Origin: Crocinitomicaceae bacterium
Lineage (GTDB): Bacteria; Bacteroidota; Bacteroidia; Flavobacteriales_D; Crocinitomicaceae
DNA length: 64,000 bases
NCBI GenBank assembly: GCA_045107045.1
Contig: JBGCFR010000025.1
Location: 1,640 to 65,639 of the forward strand
Reading direction: 5' to 3'
Shown: positions 60,563-64,000 of the stretch, in pieces
Layout of the letters: the number at the start of each line of letters is the position of its first letter
How positions within the stretch are numbered: the first letter of the stretch is position 1
The notes under the pieces: model-generated
What the model saw: the letters and a program-made list of their open reading frames with translations, nothing else
Database searches by the model: none
Told to the model about the DNA's origin: nothing
Program-made: the position numbers and the translations under genes

Positions 60563-61834
60563 ATGTCGCAAAAATTAAAATCGCCAATTCATATTATTGT
60601 TTTGCTAATCTTGGCGGGAGAAGCAATTTTCGTTTTGCCTTTTGTTATTGCAAGAGTTTTTAGACCGACCTTTTTAGCGGCATACGATTTAACTAATTAT
60701 GAATTAGGTATATGTTTTTCCATTTACGGAGTAGTTGCTTTGTTTTCTTACATTTTGGGAGGACGCTTAGCAGATAAATATCCACCGCATAGTTTGATGG
60801 CAGTTGCTTTACTACTGACTGCATTGGGTGGTTTTGTGATGGCTATTTTCCCTAATTATAGTGTAATGAAATATTTGTTTGGTTATTATGGATTCACGAC
60901 TATTTACTTGTTTTGGGGTGCTATGATTAAAGCAGCTAGAATTTGGGGTGGTGATTCTAAACAAGGCAGAGCATTTGGTTTTTTAGATGGCGGACGAGGT
61001 TTAGTTGCAGCAAGTTTTGCATTATTGGGTCTTGCCATTTTCTCTTTTTTTTTAGCAAAAGATATTGCTGTCGATATTGACACACTTAGTTTGTCAGAAC
61101 GTAAGTCGGCTTTTAGGAATGTCATTTTGGTATCTTCTTTATTCGTAGCCATTACTGGAATACTTGTTTTATTTTTTATGAGACAAAATTCGGAATTAAA
61201 ACAATCTGAAAAGCCCACGATCTTTAGTATTGCGAATTTTTTGGAAGTTGCTAAATTGAAATCGGTTTGGTGGTTAATGATTATTATTTTGTGTGCTTAT
61301 GTCGGTTACAAAATTACAGATGATTTTTCATTATATGCCAGTGAGGTAATGAACTATAACGAAGTAGAATCAGCAAAAATTGGAACATTAATGCTATTTA
61401 TCCGGCCAATTATAGGGGTTAGTATTGGCCTTCTTGCCGATAGAACAAAGCCAGTATTAATCTTAATGATTGGATTTATTCTAACCACGCTTGGGTCAAT
61501 ATTGTTATCTTTAGGTATTATGGGACCATCAATGTTAGTGTTTTTTATAGTTAGTATTGTGATAGTTGCAGTTGGCGTCTATTCTGCTAGAACCTTATAT
61601 TTTGCAGTTTTAGGCCAAGCAAAAGTGCCAGTTTATTTAACTGGAACTGCCGTTGGCATGATTTCTTTTGTCGGATATATGCCTGATATTTTTATGGGAC
61701 CAACAATGGGACACTTGCTTGATAACTACGAAGGTGAATTAGGTCATCAATATGTATTTTTAATGAATGCAGGGTTTGCCTTCTTGGGCTTAATTGCTGC
61801 ATTTTTTTTTAGGAGATCAATGCAGAAGGTATAA
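60563..61834 (+). CDS. MFS transporter
   Basis: GGRLADKY and GLLADRT motif A copies; about 12 TM segments. Confidence 0.92.
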   Translation: MSQKLKSPIHIIVLLILAGEAIFVLPFVIARVFRPTFLAAYDLTNYELGICFSIYGVVALFSYILGGRLADKYPPHSLMAVALLLTALGGFVMAIFPNYSVMKYLFGYYGFTTIYLFWGAMIKAARIWGGDSKQGRAFGFLDGGRGLVAASFALLGLAIFSFFLAKDIAVDIDTLSLSERKSAFRNVILVSSLFVAITGILVLFFMRQNSELKQSEKPTIFSIANFLEVAKLKSVWWLMIIILCAYVGYKITDDFSLYASEVMNYNEVESAKIGTLMLFIRPIIGVSIGLLADRTKPVLILMIGFILTTLGSILLSLGIMGPSMLVFFIVSIVIVAVGVYSARTLYFAVLGQAKVPVYLTGTAVGMISFVGYMPDIFMGPTMGHLLDNYEGELGHQYVFLMNAGFAFLGLIAAFFFRRSMQKV

Positions 61835-61839
61835 GCGAT

Positions 61840-62559
61840 TTAAATATCTTTCAAAAGATCCTTAATAATATCTTCTGCTCTATTTTTTAGAGTATTTATA
61901 GCTTTTCTATCATCAGATTCTATTTGCTCAAAGGCTGGGCCAAATTTAACAGTAACTTTTCCTTTTGTTATGCTTAATAGTTTACCACCAGACCAAATTT
62001 TGTTTCCACCTGATATAGCTACAGGAATAATAGGCATTTTGGCCTTAACCGCAATGTGAAACGTCCCTTTCTTAAATGGTAGAAGCTTACCTTTGTCATC
62101 AAAAGTTCCTTCAGGAAAAACAAGTACATTTTTCCCACTCTTAAGTTTGATAGCTGCAATTTTCATGCTTCTAATGGACCGTTTTGGATTTGTACGGTCA
62201 ATGAATATCATACCTAACAGCCACATCATCCATCCAAAAAATGGAATTCTTAGTAATTCTCTTTTAGCTACAAAGTAAATGTTCTTCGGATAGGCACATA
62301 GTAGAATAGGCACATCAAGATAGGATGTGTGATTTGACATAATAATATAATTTTTGTCTGAATCAATGAACTCCTGTCCTTCTACTTTCAAGTCAATTTG
62401 CGTAATAAACAAAATAAAAGGAGCCCAAACCTTTCTTACAATTACTAATACCCATGGCGGATTAAAGGTTAGTAAAAGTGTAATCATTGTAATTACTATT
62501 ATTAGGATAGTCCAAATAACTAGAATTAGTAACTGTATGGCGGATTTTATTGCTTTCAC
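61840..62559 (-). CDS. plsC: 1-acyl-sn-glycerol-3-phosphate acyltransferase
   Basis: NHTSYLD, FVAKREL, FIDR, FPEGT, PFKKG. Confidence 0.9.
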   Translation of the reverse strand: MKAIKSAIQLLILVIWTILIIVITMITLLLTFNPPWVLVIVRKVWAPFILFITQIDLKVEGQEFIDSDKNYIIMSNHTSYLDVPILLCAYPKNIYFVAKRELLRIPFFGWMMWLLGMIFIDRTNPKRSIRSMKIAAIKLKSGKNVLVFPEGTFDDKGKLLPFKKGTFHIAVKAKMPIIPVAISGGNKIWSGGKLLSITKGKVTVKFGPAFEQIESDDRKAINTLKNRAEDIIKDLLKDI

Positions 62560-64000
62560 TATTGTGGGTCAACATCAATTACAACTCTTACCGATCTATA
62601 ATCATGTTGCGATAAAAATACATCAATTTTTTCTTTAATTAAATCTTTTACTTTAGCTGGACTAGCTGAACGTTCATATTTAATAACGATATTTTTTAAA
62701 TAGTAATTTCTTACTCTACCTACTAACGGAGCTTCCGGCCCTTGCAATCTGTCCTTAAACACGTTTCTTAAAGCATTGGCTAAATCATGAGAAGCCACCT
62801 CAAGTAAATTCGAATCTTTATGTCTGAGTTGAAGAAATATTACTCTATAAAAAGGAGGGTAGTTAAAATTTCGTCTTTCAATTAATTCCTGTTTATACAT
62901 GCCCATATAATCATGAGACATTACTTTTTGAATAATCCAGTGGTTTGGTTCAAAACTTTGTATAATTACTTTACCTCTTTTAGCTTTTCTTCCAGCTCTT
63001 CCTGCAACTTGACTCATTAACTGGTATGAACGCTCAAAAGCTCTAAAATCAGGAAATTTAAGCATTTGGTCTGCACTTAAAACACCTACCAGTCCAACAT
63101 TATCAAAGTCAAGTCCTTTAGTTACCATTTGTGTACCAATGAGAACATCAATTTCTCTAGCTTCAAATTCAGATATAATTGAGTGATAGGCATTTTTTGC
63201 TCTAGTGGAATCAAGATCCAATCGTTTGATTGTTATATTAGGAAAAAAGATTGCTAATTCATCTTCTATTTTTTCGGTTCCAAAACCAATCATTTTTAAT
63301 TTACGACTTCCACATGCGCCACAAGACGAGGGAGGGGTTAAGAAATAACCACAATAATGACATTTTAAGACATTAAGAGCCTTATGGTATGTTAATGACA
63401 CATCACAGTTTTTACATTGTGGAGTCCAATTGCATTGTTCACATGTCCATAATGGAGAATAGCCCCTTCTATTTTGAAAGAGTATTATCTGCTCCTTTCT
63501 TTCTAATGCTTCCTCCATTTCTGTCATTAAAAATGAAGAGAAATGGGACTTCATGGACTTCTGTCGTGTTTCCTTTTCAAGGTCAGCGCATTGTATTTCG
63601 GGTAATTGTACTCCCCCAAAACGCTCAGAAATTGTCACCAGTCCATAACGACCTTCTGTTGCGTTATAATAAGACTCTAATGCTGGTGTGGCTGATCCAA
63701 GTAAAACTTTAGCATGATGCTGCTTGGCTAAAACAATACTAACATCACGCGCATTATACCTAGGGGATGGGTCAAATTGCTTGAATGAGTTTTCATGTTC
63801 TTCATCTACAATGATAAGTCCTAATTTTTGAAATGGCAGAAATATAGAAGATCTTGCTCCTAAAATAATTCTGTATTGTGACTGACTATTATTTAATATT
63901 TGTTGCCAAATTTCAATCCGCTCATTTTGATTAAAGCGACTATGATAAACGCCTACTAAGTCTCCAAAATAAGCCTTTAGTCGTGTTATTAATTGAGTGG
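62559..64000 (-). CDS. priA: primosomal protein N' (5' part beyond window edge)
   Basis: Frame is open to base 63998: GARSSIFLPF, IVDEEH, YNARD, GSATP, QNRRGYS, CxxC zinc motifs, IGTQMVTKGLDF. Confidence 0.97.
   Translation of the reverse strand, partial: TQLITRLKAYFGDLVGVYHSRFNQNERIEIWQQILNNSQSQYRIILGARSSIFLPFQKLGLIIVDEEHENSFKQFDPSPRYNARDVSIVLAKQHHAKVLLGSATPALESYYNATEGRYGLVTISERFGGVQLPEIQCADLEKETRQKSMKSHFSSFLMTEMEEALERKEQIILFQNRRGYSPLWTCEQCNWTPQCKNCDVSLTYHKALNVLKCHYCGYFLTPPSSCGACGSRKLKMIGFGTEKIEDELAIFFPNITIKRLDLDSTRAKNAYHSIISEFEAREIDVLIGTQMVTKGLDFDNVGLVGVLSADQMLKFPDFRAFERSYQLMSQVAGRAGRKAKRGKVIIQSFEPNHWIIQKVMSHDYMGMYKQELIERRNFNYPPFYRVIFLQLRHKDSNLLEVASHDLANALRNVFKDRLQGPEAPLVGRVRNYYLKNIVIKYERSASPAKVKDLIKEKIDVFLSQHDYRSVRVVIDVDPQ

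Noticed and set aside
2066-63712. Numerous short antisense or nested ORFs in the track (e.g. 2066-2449, 20024-20239, 36839-37138, 46949-47203, 55704-56042, 60904-61218, 63389-63712)
   Set aside because: Fully overlap well-supported genes and show no independent motifs.
1-64000. Integrase, transposase, prophage, cas, restriction-modification or rRNA genes
   Set aside because: No ORF shows the corresponding motifs in this window.

Overview
AT-rich bacterial chromosomal DNA, inferred to be Bacteroidota/Flavobacteriales (possibly Crocinitomicaceae-like) from T9SS C-terminal sorting domains, TTTG-N19-TAnnTTTG promoters and gene content. Positions 1-16383 form an accessory tract in which every credible gene is on the + strand. 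These are small stand-alone genes: epimerase, T9SS cargo, ABM monooxygenase, di-heme peroxidase, TetR/AraC, GNATs, hydrolases, a Tat-exported DinB and a DHFR-like protein. At its 5' end I find integron attC-like sites (429-557, 1044-1110, a degenerate one at 3180-3297), a hairpin-rich non-coding insert, an AraC remnant and a gene frameshifted at a G5 run. No integrase or transposase is in the window. The rest is mostly core genome (ECF sigma, ppx, ABC transporter, prmC, proS, two tRNA-Glu, rpsT, rplS, plsC, partial priA). It also holds uncharacterised modules: a VTC/DUF4956/beta-propeller operon, a low-complexity W/N- and PTR-repeat lipoprotein paired with a FadL-like barrel, a lipoprotein+barrel pair and a propeller-SpoIIE sensor phosphatase. 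The best candidate for a novel system is a Bacteroidota integron-like gene-capture array. All family calls come from motif recognition by eye; no database searches were run.
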